NCBI GenBank assembly: GCA_031370005.1
Contig: JANMPT010000003.1
Span: 32,987-96,986 of the forward strand
Length of the DNA: 64,000 nucleotides
Direction: 5' to 3'
Source of the DNA: Bdellovibrionales bacterium
GTDB lineage: Bacteria > Bdellovibrionota > Bdellovibrionia > Bdellovibrionales > Bdellovibrionaceae
A program made the position numbers and the translations under genes. The notes under the pieces are model-generated. The model ran no database searches. It was not told the origin of the DNA and saw only the letters and a program-made list of their open reading frames with translations. Below are positions 28,027 to 37,516 of this stretch, one piece after another; the first letter of the stretch is position 1, and each line of letters starts with the position of its first letter.

Positions 28027-28998
28027 CTACTCCCAAAAACCTGGCATAATTAGCATTGGCTGATTCAAATATTGAGCTCTGAAAACTTTGCGCAGGGTAC
28101 CTTCAATAGCTTTGTCACCGGTATGCTTAGAAAACAATTGGGCAATTTCATCAATCGAATTCAAATCGTCCTCGTCCTGTTTTTCAAAAAAATCCCAGAT
28201 CCCTGAACGCTTCTTTGGGACCTCAAAAAGCTTATAGTCATCCCCCAGGTTCGCCACTTTGGCAGCCACCTTAACCGCATCATCTAATGTTCCTAAGGAA
28301 TCCGCAAAACCCAATTGTACAGCTTGCCTGCCGGTCATCACACGTCCGTCAGCGTATCGACCGACAACCTCAGGACTCAACTTACGACCTTCAACAACAG
28401 CCTGCTTAAACTGGTCATAGACATCATTGATCAAGTCTTGGAACAAGACCTTTTCATCCGGACGCATTGATCTGTACTCCGCACCAGAGTCTTTGAATTT
28501 TCCAGAGTTAATCGAGAAGCGAGAAACCTTTGCCCAATCGTAGAGTTTCTCGAGATTTGCAAACTCCATGATCACACCAATAGAGCCAACTAGAGCACCT
28601 GGCGCAACGACGATTTTATCACAAGCCACCGCAGAGTAGTAAGCACCACTGGCAAGTAGACCTGAAGAGGAGCAGATGATTGGTTTTTTAGTTTGTTCTT
28701 TTACTGCCTTAATTGCTGCATAGATTTCTTGAGAGGGCCCAACCGCCCCACCTGGAGAATTGATATTAATAACAATTGCCTTGATCTTATCCTCATCTTT
28801 GTACTTTTTAAGTTTCTTCATGAACTTTTTGCCGTTCATAATTACACCTTCAAGGTCCAACTGAAGAATACTATTTTTAGAAACTAGAGTCGTTTGTTCA
28901 GCTTTTTCACCAACGAAACTGCTGCCCCACTTCACCACGCTAAAAAGACCAACAATAACTAAAACAACGATAATAAAACGAATAAAAGGATTTTTCAT
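28027..28998 (-). CDS. sppA: Signal peptide peptidase SppA (36K type)
   Basis: INSPGG, ASGAYY, GSIGV, SGKFKD. Confidence 0.95.
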   Translation of the reverse strand: MKNPFIRFIIVVLVIVGLFSVVKWGSSFVGEKAEQTTLVSKNSILQLDLEGVIMNGKKFMKKLKKYKDEDKIKAIVININSPGGAVGPSQEIYAAIKAVKEQTKKPIICSSSGLLASGAYYSAVACDKIVVAPGALVGSIGVIMEFANLEKLYDWAKVSRFSINSGKFKDSGAEYRSMRPDEKVLFQDLINDVYDQFKQAVVEGRKLSPEVVGRYADGRVMTGRQAVQLGFADSLGTLDDAVKVAAKVANLGDDYKLFEVPKKRSGIWDFFEKQDEDDLNSIDEIAQLFSKHTGDKAIEGTLRKVFRAQYLNQPMLIMPGFWE

Positions 28999-29030
28999 TT
29001 GTACTCCATTAAGATTGTTAATCTTAACAG

Positions 29031-29068
29031 GCAAAAAAAAAGGGAGTCTATGAGACTCCCTTTTTTGC
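29031..29068 (-). terminator. Rho-independent terminator after rpsA (bidirectional shape)
   Basis: A-tract, GGGAGTCT-ATG-AGACTCCC hairpin, T-tract. Confidence 0.85.
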
Positions 29069-29087
29069 GCCTTGCGCCTTAATAGAA

Positions 29088-30890
29088 TTAATTCTTACCT
29101 TCTGGTTTTTGCATATTTTTAAGCTGCTCAGCAAACAAATCGCCAAGTGTTGACTTTGAAGTTGCTGTTGCCTTCTTCACATAGTCTTCAACATCCGATT
29201 TTGACTCTCTCAACTTGATCAACTTTGAAGAAAGACCGATTTTACGAGCGTCTTTATCAATAGAGATTACTTCAGCCTTCAACACAGTACCTATCTTAAC
29301 AAAGTCTTCAGTCGTATTGATTTTATCAGTTGTTAGTTCAGAAATATGGATCAGACCTTCAATATCAGACTCAAGCTCAACAAAAGCTCCAAAATCAGCA
29401 ATTTTAGTTACTTTTACTTCGTGTTGGGTACCAATAGTGTATTTGTTCTCGATATTTGACCAAGGGTCAGACTCAAGCTGCTTGATGCCTAAAGAGAATC
29501 TCTCGTTTTCGATGTCTACACCTAAAACAACCGCACGAATTTTTTGCCCTTTAGCATAAAGCTCATTTGGATGATTAACGCGCTTAGTCCAAGAGAAGTC
29601 AGAGATATGCACAAGTCCATCAATCCCCTCTTCAATACCAACAAAGATACCAAAATCAGTTACTGACTTAACCTCGCCCTCAATAATAGTCCCAGGAGCA
29701 TAAGACTCTTTCAACTCAACCCAAGGGTTAGATTGAAGCTGCTTCATCCCCAAACTAATACGGCGGTTTTCAGTGTCAACTTCAAGAACCACTACTTCAA
29801 CTTCTTGATCAACTGTAACGACCTGAGAAGGATGTTTTACTCGCTTAGTCCAAGACATCTCTGAAACATGTATAAGACCCTCAATGCCTTCACCAAGTTC
29901 TACGAACGCCCCGTACTCAGCCAAAGACACAACTTTGCCCTTAAGCTTAGTTCCCGGAGGATAAGAAGCCTTAACAGACTCCCAAGGATCAGGATGCAAT
30001 TGTTTCATCCCCAAAGACACACGTTCTTTTTCTTGATCGTATTTAAGAATTTTAACTTGAATTTCATCACTCACTTTTAATAGCTCTGAAGGGTGCTTTA
30101 CGCGGCCCCAAGACATATCAGTGATATGAAGAAGTCCATCCATGCCGCCCAAGTCAATAAACGCACCGTAATCGGTAATGTTTTTAACTAGGCCAGTAAC
30201 AATAGAACCCTCTTTCATAGTGTCCAAAGTTTCGGCTCTGAGACTGTCACGTTCCTCTTCAAGAAGGGCGCGACGAGAAAGAACAATGTTGCCACGTTTT
30301 TTATTAAATTTGATGACTTTGAATTTATACTTCTTACCAATGTACACGTCCATATTTCGGACGGGGCGAAGGTCAATTTGCGAGCCAGGCAAAAAGGCTT
30401 TAACACCGATATCAACACTCAAGCCGCCTTTAACTTTTGCGACAACAGTTCCTTCGATAACCTCTTCGTTTTCTGCTGCTTTAGAGATGTCAGACCAAGC
30501 ACGAAGCATATCAGCTTTGTCTTTGGAGAGAACGATCATGCCATTTTCATTTTCGATGCGATCAATCAATACTTCCACAGTGTCGCCGGCTCTTACATCA
30601 CGTGCGCCATCTACAAAGCGAAACTCATTAATTGGAATCAAACCTTCCGACTTGTAGTTAATATCTACAAGTACGTAGTCCGACTGTACTTCAACCACTT
30701 TTCCAGTAACAACGTCACCAAGGTTGAAGTCTTGATCTTTAACAGATGCCTCAAATAGCGAATCAAAATCGCCTTTTTCAGCTCTATTTCCATAAATTCC
30801 AGGATTAGATGGAACCTTGGAGTCTTCTGCGTCCAAGAAAGCGAGAACTTTCTGCTTTTCAAGAGCGGCTTTGTTTAAGTTTTTACCCAT
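29088..30890 (-). CDS. rpsA: 30S ribosomal protein S1
   Basis: Six S1 repeats (YGAFIDLGGMDGLLHITDMSW and similar). Confidence 0.98.
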   Translation of the reverse strand: MGKNLNKAALEKQKVLAFLDAEDSKVPSNPGIYGNRAEKGDFDSLFEASVKDQDFNLGDVVTGKVVEVQSDYVLVDINYKSEGLIPINEFRFVDGARDVRAGDTVEVLIDRIENENGMIVLSKDKADMLRAWSDISKAAENEEVIEGTVVAKVKGGLSVDIGVKAFLPGSQIDLRPVRNMDVYIGKKYKFKVIKFNKKRGNIVLSRRALLEEERDSLRAETLDTMKEGSIVTGLVKNITDYGAFIDLGGMDGLLHITDMSWGRVKHPSELLKVSDEIQVKILKYDQEKERVSLGMKQLHPDPWESVKASYPPGTKLKGKVVSLAEYGAFVELGEGIEGLIHVSEMSWTKRVKHPSQVVTVDQEVEVVVLEVDTENRRISLGMKQLQSNPWVELKESYAPGTIIEGEVKSVTDFGIFVGIEEGIDGLVHISDFSWTKRVNHPNELYAKGQKIRAVVLGVDIENERFSLGIKQLESDPWSNIENKYTIGTQHEVKVTKIADFGAFVELESDIEGLIHISELTTDKINTTEDFVKIGTVLKAEVISIDKDARKIGLSSKLIKLRESKSDVEDYVKKATATSKSTLGDLFAEQLKNMQKPEGKN

Positions 30891-31091
30891 AGTAATAATA
30901 TATACCTCCCACGTGATAGATCCTCTAGATGGCTAGCCCTGGGTTGTTAAAGGTATTCGCCGGGCTCTATCCGTTTATAAATTATGAAGATTGGTTGTAT
31001 AAGCCCGTTTTCACTGAGTCAATATAGAAAGCGCTACCTTAGGAGATCTTTTACCTCAATGGATCGAGAAGCATAGTCAGGAGTGGTGATT

Positions 31092-31748
31092 TTAGGGGAG
31101 TTTTGTGCGAATAAACTTTTCTACTTTACTCACAACCTCGTCCAAAGCCATGTCGGTCGTATCCACGACAAATGCATTCTCAGGGATACTTAAGGGAGCC
31201 GCCTTGCGGGTAGAGTCCTGTCGATCGCGCACTTTTTGCGCCTCTTGAGTTTGCTCCTGATCAAGCCCTAACTCGGCTGCACGGCGAGCCGCACGATGCT
31301 CACTGGAAGCTGTTAAGTAGATTTTTACTTGGGCTTGCGGAAACACAACTGTCCCGCAATCACGCCCTTCCGCAACCAAGCCCTGAGGCCCTACGCTGCA
31401 ATTGCGCTGAGCCTCGAGTAGGGCTCTTCTAACATCAGGATAATGAGAAATTTTACTTGCGATATTACCCACATCTTCGTGAAAAATATCATCTGTCACT
31501 TCGTGATTTTTGAAGAAAACTTGAGTGCGGGCCATGCCGATTCTCACGCTCCAAACGGAAGAGCGAGCAAGCTCAGTTAAAGCCTTAACATCGGTAATAT
31601 CAATATTAGAGTGAAGAGCCGCATAGCTCAAGCCACGATAAAAAGCACCTGTTGAAACCCATTGCCAGCCCAATCGCATTGCTAATTCACGGCTTACTGT
31701 GGACTTCCCAGAGGCTGCGGGGCCATCAATTGTAATTACCATTCCCAT
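31092..31748 (-). CDS. cmk: Cytidylate kinase
   Basis: IDGPAASGKST, EGRDCGTVVFP; precedes rpsA. Confidence 0.96.
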   Translation of the reverse strand: MGMVITIDGPAASGKSTVSRELAMRLGWQWVSTGAFYRGLSYAALHSNIDITDVKALTELARSSVWSVRIGMARTQVFFKNHEVTDDIFHEDVGNIASKISHYPDVRRALLEAQRNCSVGPQGLVAEGRDCGTVVFPQAQVKIYLTASSEHRAARRAAELGLDQEQTQEAQKVRDRQDSTRKAAPLSIPENAFVVDTTDMALDEVVSKVEKFIRTKLP

Positions 31749-31785
31749 TTCATTCCTAAACTCTAAGTCGTCTAATTTTTACCTG

Positions 31786-32907
31786 TTATTTCAGTTTTGG
31801 AATTTGCACCAAAACTTCTTCCAAGGCTTTCATCGCGCTGATGTTCTCTTCTTCACGTCCGACACTCAAGCGTAACTGCGTTGGGAAGCCGTAGTTTTTA
31901 ATCGGCCTCATAATGATCCCCTTACGCAACAACGCCTCATTCACCTGGGCCGCGTCACGAAGAGTGTCAAACATTACAAAGTTGCCTTGCGATTCAACAA
32001 ATGGCAGCCCCATTTTGTGTAGTTTCTCATAGAAGTAATCAAGCCCTTTCCACACAGTTTGTTGCGATGCCGCAATGAATTGATAATCTTGCAAAGCGGC
32101 AATAGCCGCAACTTGTACTAAATTATTGACATTAAATGGCTTACGCACTCGATTGAAAACTTCAATGACCGTCTGTGGGGCAACCATGGCTCCTAAACGA
32201 AGTCCAGCTAAGCCATAGATTTTTGAAAACGTACGAAGCGCAATGACGTTTGAGTACTTTCGCATAAATTCATCCGCATTTACATAGTCCTTAGCTCTAA
32301 CAAATTCATTATAAGCTTCATCAAAGACAATCAGAACTTCATTGCGATTACCAAGTTTAGTTAAAAATTCAGCAACCTCATCGCGAGTTGCATAGGTACC
32401 CGTCGGATTGTTTGGATTTGCAATGAAAATCAAACGAATTTTAGCAGCTGGGTGAGCGAAAAAATAGTCCGATATAGCCTTAAGATCAAATTTATAATTG
32501 GCCTTTAATGGAAGGGTATGAATCTTTGCACGATTGGCTTGAGCACTGATTTCATAAGCCGAAAATGCTCCTTGTGAAGTTAAAACGCCGTCACCAGCTT
32601 CGCAATAAATACGCACAAGAATATCAATAAGCTCATCTGAGCCATTCCCAAGTCCCAATTGTTGAGTGGGAAAACCCCATTTCTTTGAAAGCACTTGAAG
32701 CAAATCGTATGCAGAAGAATCTGGATAGCGATGCAATTGTTGTAAAAGATTCTTAATTGCGATCAGGGCCATGGGGCTCGGACCCAATGGATTTTCATTG
32801 CTAGCCAGTTTAGCTACTTTCGTAAGTCCGTATTCTCTCTGCGTTTCTGCGATGGGCTTGCCTGGTATGTAGGGAATCAAATTATCAATTTCTGGTGAAA
32901 CTTTCAC
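31786..32907 (-). CDS. hisC: Histidinol-phosphate aminotransferase
   Basis: KLASNENP, NPNNPTG, DEAY, RTFSKIYGLAGLRLG. Confidence 0.94.
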   Translation of the reverse strand: MKVSPEIDNLIPYIPGKPIAETQREYGLTKVAKLASNENPLGPSPMALIAIKNLLQQLHRYPDSSAYDLLQVLSKKWGFPTQQLGLGNGSDELIDILVRIYCEAGDGVLTSQGAFSAYEISAQANRAKIHTLPLKANYKFDLKAISDYFFAHPAAKIRLIFIANPNNPTGTYATRDEVAEFLTKLGNRNEVLIVFDEAYNEFVRAKDYVNADEFMRKYSNVIALRTFSKIYGLAGLRLGAMVAPQTVIEVFNRVRKPFNVNNLVQVAAIAALQDYQFIAASQQTVWKGLDYFYEKLHKMGLPFVESQGNFVMFDTLRDAAQVNEALLRKGIIMRPIKNYGFPTQLRLSVGREEENISAMKALEEVLVQIPKLK

Positions 32908-33011
32908 AGGGGGCCCCTTTCGGACTACCTTTTAAGAACTCTTTTAGTTATATTGGTCCTCAGCTTTTTACAACTTGCATTAACAATAATCTCGCAGATA
33001 CTCAAGGACAC

Positions 33012-34406
33012 ATGGCTCAAGCGAAAACGGATGTTAATTTAGCACTCTACATTGGCGAATCCTTTGTGGAAGCCCACCTCTTCCATAATCAAAAATCACT
33101 TCACTTTAATCGATGGCATCTCGATAAAGAAGGCTTTAAGAGTGGTCTGCAAAAGTTTTTTCTAGAATCCGGAGTTAAAACAATAAGTAAAGCCATTGTA
33201 GCCTCTCGTTTTATTGAAAAAATCTTCTCCTATCGTCTTGGTGGCAGCGTTGCAACTCTAACAACCAAAGGCTTTGAAAGTTGGCCAAGTGCCCGCCAAC
33301 CAATCAATCTGGCAATAAATCAGAAGGTGGGACCTCTTTCTTCTATAGAGCTAGTTTTTGCCGTAGACGAACGCTGCACAGCACAGGGCGAAATATCCAA
33401 AGAGGTCTCGGACGAGGAGATCGCAGAGCTTGTGGAAAAACTCCGTCAGAAGCAGGCCAAACGCATTTGTATACACCTTTTAAATGCCCATAAAAATCCA
33501 CACAATCAAAACAAGCTCAAAGAAGCTTTGTTGAAAGAAAATTTTGAAATTTTTGTTCCAACATTTGACTCAGAAAATACAGATGAAGTTTCTCGGTGGC
33601 GAAAAAATATTCTTAACGCGTCTTTGAGCGGCACTTTTGAAGAAGTCCAAGCTGAACTCAATGAAGGTCTGAAGGATTTTTTACCTGAAGGACAAAGGGC
33701 TTCCTTTATATCCGCGGAGGCCGCCGCATTTGACAAAGAGAGTGATCAACGTCTTAGTTCTCTTTGGGGTTCCTATAGCGTTTGGGCTCATAATCTCAAA
33801 AGACAATACTCTGATAAAATTGATATCCTCTATTTGGGCCTTGAACAATTTTGTCTTCTAAATCCTGAAAAAAAAATTCAAATATGGAAGAGCCCCTGGG
33901 GCGAGGTCCATGCTCCTCAGGTGCAAAACCATTTGCTTTGTTTGCAGCCGACCACGGCTATCGAGATCAGCCCCTGGGGAGAACTCTCATTTTCGCAAGC
34001 AGCCTTGGGCTATGAGCCCGGGCCAATGTTTATGGGACGGGGACAGATCCCTACGCTCTTAGATCTTTGGGAAGATAAAACAAGCACTATAAAAGGCATT
34101 GCCGAAAGATATTCAGCCCAAGGTGTTCAAAAGTTTAGGAATCAACTTTTGGCATTAAATAAAACCTCTTCTCAGCAACTGGATTCTGTGGAAAGTACTC
34201 TTCCGCATCTCCGCCAACTCGCCCTACATAAGCTAACGGTGGATATCGCTCTTCGTGCAGAAAATACAAAAATTATTTGTATGGGAGCCTTAGCGCCACT
34301 CTTTGCACCTGAACTCAAAAAAAGAATCCCTCAACTTCAGTTTGAACTGACGCTGGAAACAGAAACTTCCTTTTTATTTAGTAAGGAATATGATCATGTT
34401 ATCTAG
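33012..34406 (+). CDS. Degenerate hydantoinase A/5-oxoprolinase-like protein
   Basis: VATLTTKGF, VDER...G, NPHNQ, NASL and PGP...GRG...PTLLD are retained; the ATP-binding DxGGT motifs are lost. Confidence 0.75.
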   Translation: MAQAKTDVNLALYIGESFVEAHLFHNQKSLHFNRWHLDKEGFKSGLQKFFLESGVKTISKAIVASRFIEKIFSYRLGGSVATLTTKGFESWPSARQPINLAINQKVGPLSSIELVFAVDERCTAQGEISKEVSDEEIAELVEKLRQKQAKRICIHLLNAHKNPHNQNKLKEALLKENFEIFVPTFDSENTDEVSRWRKNILNASLSGTFEEVQAELNEGLKDFLPEGQRASFISAEAAAFDKESDQRLSSLWGSYSVWAHNLKRQYSDKIDILYLGLEQFCLLNPEKKIQIWKSPWGEVHAPQVQNHLLCLQPTTAIEISPWGELSFSQAALGYEPGPMFMGRGQIPTLLDLWEDKTSTIKGIAERYSAQGVQKFRNQLLALNKTSSQQLDSVESTLPHLRQLALHKLTVDIALRAENTKIICMGALAPLFAPELKKRIPQLQFELTLETETSFLFSKEYDHVI

Positions 34407-35742
34407 TTGGATCCACGAGTTCGCCGAATTATTTTTGAGGACCGAAAAATGTGCAGCATTGGTCTCAAGTGATGGAGATATCATTCATGCTAAATCCGAT
34501 CTTGCTTTTGAGGTCACTGGTTTTAAAAACATCGTTGACACCTCTCTTAAATACATTGCCTTACTGCCAGGCGAAATTTTAATAACTAATGATCCTTATG
34601 GCGGCGGCAGTTTCCTCCATCGCTATGCTTTCTTAGTTCCTCTCACTCAAGCCGAAGGCAGTCAACCTGGCTTGCTGCTTTGTGTGCGCCGTGAATTTAC
34701 GCCAGGACTCAACATCAGTGACAAACTCGATTACGAAGGCCTTCGCATTCCACCGACTCCCATTTTTCAAAATGGACAACTCATCACACCTATTGTTGAA
34801 GCTATGTCGATGCACCCGTTGTGCCCTCAGGGCTTTAATCTTTGGTTACAAAAAATAGTAAGCGATCTTAATCGACTTTATGCCAAATGGAATCAGACTG
34901 AAAAAAACTGTAAACCTCAAATTAGCGCCATGGAGCTTAAGAAGTTTTTAGCTTTTTCCAGGAGGTTCACCACAGAGAGAATTCTAGAAAAGGCTCAAGG
35001 TGAAGCTCGGCATGAGGTGCGTTTAGATAGCCACGAGGTTCTCAAACTTCATCTTGAAATCAACAATGGGCTCATCAGGGCAGATTTTAGTGGCACTTCT
35101 GCTGGAATTAAAAATCACCTCCCTGATCTTGCGACTTTTGGAGCTTGCTATGAAGCACTCGCTAGTTTTTATAATCTTAACTGCCTTAAAAATTCAGGAA
35201 GTTTCTCGGTTCTACAGGTAACAAAGCCTTTAAGCTGCTTTCTAAATGCCAAGTATCCTGCCCCCACTTACCAGGGTTTTCAAATCGGCGTGGCTGCTGT
35301 ACGGATGGCAATGACTTTGGCACTTCACCAAATAGTTAAAAGTACTCAAGCCATTTTAACCGAGACGGACTTAAAAATGGAAATGTCATTTCCTGGAGGC
35401 GCACGATGGTTCAGCTCTTGGTCCGCCCAGTCATTCAATGAAGATCTCTCACTAGAAAGAATCGAATCGCAATATCCTATTCAGTTTATACGACTAGAAA
35501 AAAATATCGATAAAGCGCATCTGGAATTAGAGTTTAAAACTCTTGCAGCTTGCCAAATTCGTTGGCTTTCAGATTTCACCAAATATCCCTTGAAGGCACC
35601 CCGAGGATCAAAGGCCCCAGAGCCTACCCTGATTGAAACTATGAGTGACAAGGGCGAGTGGACTTCACTGCTCTCTCAAGGAAACACAGACTTGGCCCCG
35701 GGCACAAGCCTGCGCATAAATCTTTGGGGACTTTTCGCCTAA
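34390..35742 (+). CDS. Degenerate hydantoinase B/oxoprolinase-like protein
   Basis: PGEILITNDPYGGG, EGLRIPP, DFSGTS, NAKYPAP, E.IE.QYPI. Confidence 0.78.
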   Translation: MIMLSSWIHEFAELFLRTEKCAALVSSDGDIIHAKSDLAFEVTGFKNIVDTSLKYIALLPGEILITNDPYGGGSFLHRYAFLVPLTQAEGSQPGLLLCVRREFTPGLNISDKLDYEGLRIPPTPIFQNGQLITPIVEAMSMHPLCPQGFNLWLQKIVSDLNRLYAKWNQTEKNCKPQISAMELKKFLAFSRRFTTERILEKAQGEARHEVRLDSHEVLKLHLEINNGLIRADFSGTSAGIKNHLPDLATFGACYEALASFYNLNCLKNSGSFSVLQVTKPLSCFLNAKYPAPTYQGFQIGVAAVRMAMTLALHQIVKSTQAILTETDLKMEMSFPGGARWFSSWSAQSFNEDLSLERIESQYPIQFIRLEKNIDKAHLELEFKTLAACQIRWLSDFTKYPLKAPRGSKAPEPTLIETMSDKGEWTSLLSQGNTDLAPGTSLRINLWGLFA

Positions 35743-35745
35743 GCA

Positions 35746-36948
35746 CTAAAGAATTTTACCGCCGGCAAGAATCAAAGATTCTTTAATTTTTTCGATATGC
35801 TCTGGGCTGCTAGTCTCAAGAACAAAATCAATCCGCGTTTCACGCAAGAAAAGCCCTTGAGAAATACGGTCATGATGAACTTCGAGAATATTGGCCTTTT
35901 GCTCAGCAATCGCTTTCGTCAAGCGATGAAGATTTCCAGGAAGATCATCGACGACGACTGAAAGCTCTACCAAACGACCGCGCTTGGTCTGGCCTTTTTC
36001 AATAATTTTTGAAATAATGTTAAGATCGACGTTACCACCACTTAGGATCACACAGGTTTTTTTACCGAGATCTAGTTTTTTATTCATAATAGCTGCCATA
36101 GCGGCAGCCCCTGAACCTTCCGTCATGGTTTTTGCTCGTTCCAGCAAAAAAACAATTGCCTCAGCAAGCTCATCATCACTCACCGTCACGACTTCGTCGA
36201 CATTCTTAGAAATAAAGGTGTCATAGATATACTTAGAAGGATGTTTGATCGCAATCCCATCTGCAATCGTTGAGATCCGCTTTTTAGCATTCAGGGCTTG
36301 CTTATAAAAAAGTTGCGACATCCCAGGCGCTTGGTCAGATTGTACACCGATGATTTTAATTTTTGGATTTAGGGCTTTGAGTGCCACGGAAATACCACTA
36401 ATCAGGCCGCCACCACCAATAGGAATCACTACAGAGTCTAAGTCTGGCAAATACTCGTGAAGCTCTAGACCAATCGTCCCTTGGCCGGCAATGATATGAG
36501 GATCTTCATAGGGATGAACAAAAACAAAGCCCTTTTCTTTTTCGAGCAAGCGCGCATACTCGTAGGCGTCATCATAGATTTCGCCTTTTAAAATAACATT
36601 GGCACCATAGCCTTTAGTGGCATTAACTTTAGTGAGTGATGCATTCTCCGGCATGACAATAGTGGCTTGAACTCCAGCAAGGGAGGCACTCAAAGCCACT
36701 CCCTGAGCATGGTTCCCAGCAGAGCTGGCAACGACACCGCGTTTTTTCTCCTCAGACGTTAAATTGGCAATCTTATTATATGCGCCACGAATTTTAAAAC
36801 TTCCGGTACGCTGTGTATTTTCAAATTTCAAATACACACTGCAACCAATAAGTCTACTGGCACTGGTTGATAAATCAATTTCCGTATTTTGCGAAACATT
36901 TTTTAAGGTTTCGCGAGCTCTGCGGATATCATCCAACGTGACCTTCAT
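35746..36948 (-). CDS. ilvA: Threonine ammonia-lyase with a C-terminal ACT domain
   Basis: QRTGSFKIRGA, SAGNHAQG, GGGGL, SGGN. Confidence 0.95.
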   Translation of the reverse strand: MKVTLDDIRRARETLKNVSQNTEIDLSTSASRLIGCSVYLKFENTQRTGSFKIRGAYNKIANLTSEEKKRGVVASSAGNHAQGVALSASLAGVQATIVMPENASLTKVNATKGYGANVILKGEIYDDAYEYARLLEKEKGFVFVHPYEDPHIIAGQGTIGLELHEYLPDLDSVVIPIGGGGLISGISVALKALNPKIKIIGVQSDQAPGMSQLFYKQALNAKKRISTIADGIAIKHPSKYIYDTFISKNVDEVVTVSDDELAEAIVFLLERAKTMTEGSGAAAMAAIMNKKLDLGKKTCVILSGGNVDLNIISKIIEKGQTKRGRLVELSVVVDDLPGNLHRLTKAIAEQKANILEVHHDRISQGLFLRETRIDFVLETSSPEHIEKIKESLILAGGKIL

Positions 36949-36970
36949 GAAAAAAAACCTTTAACACTTT

Positions 36971-37204
36971 CTACCAGTAGGCTGTCAGTCCCCAAATCGG
37001 CGGGTATGATTTATAGGGGAGTATCGATTTTGTGTTTGGCCTAATCGCGCTCCTTAGGGGTAACCCCATGAAGATACTTTCATCGAAATAATGAAAAGGT
37101 GCAAGGTACTTCCCACAGCTCGTACAATTGGAAACCAACTGTCCTGGAGCCTCATTAAGGGTTCCGCAGATATGGCAGCGCCTAAAATGAATTTTTGATT
37201 CCAT
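36971..37204 (-). CDS. Small zinc-ribbon hypothetical protein
   Basis: CHIC...CTSC; GGAAGG RBS. Confidence 0.7.
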   Translation of the reverse strand: MESKIHFRRCHICGTLNEAPGQLVSNCTSCGKYLAPFHYFDESIFMGLPLRSAIRPNTKSILPYKSYPPIWGLTAYW

Positions 37205-37516
37205 AGTGTTTTTCCTTCCCTATGATATTCGCCTTTAGCTTTTGGTCTTGCAAGTTTGATGGCCAAATCTAACTTATTGAAATCTCACAAAATAGCGTTC
37301 GATGACTTTACGCGTTAGACACAATTTGCTGAAGTTACAGTTGCTTGATCAAAGGCCCTGGGGAGATGTAAATATGCAAAAATAAACCTCTTTACATCCC
37401 TGGCTGATACGATGAATGGGCTTAGGTCCTGAGAGCGTGACTAATTCTATGGAAATCAGCCGGAAGGCTTTAAAATAAAACCCATAGAAATGAATTTTTA
37501 CTGAAAGGTTAGAACG

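Noticed and set aside
29215..30862. Long antisense and alternate-frame ORFs over rpsA (and similar ones over secG, lysC and gld genes)
   Set aside because: Shadow ORFs of codon-biased genes with no independent motifs.
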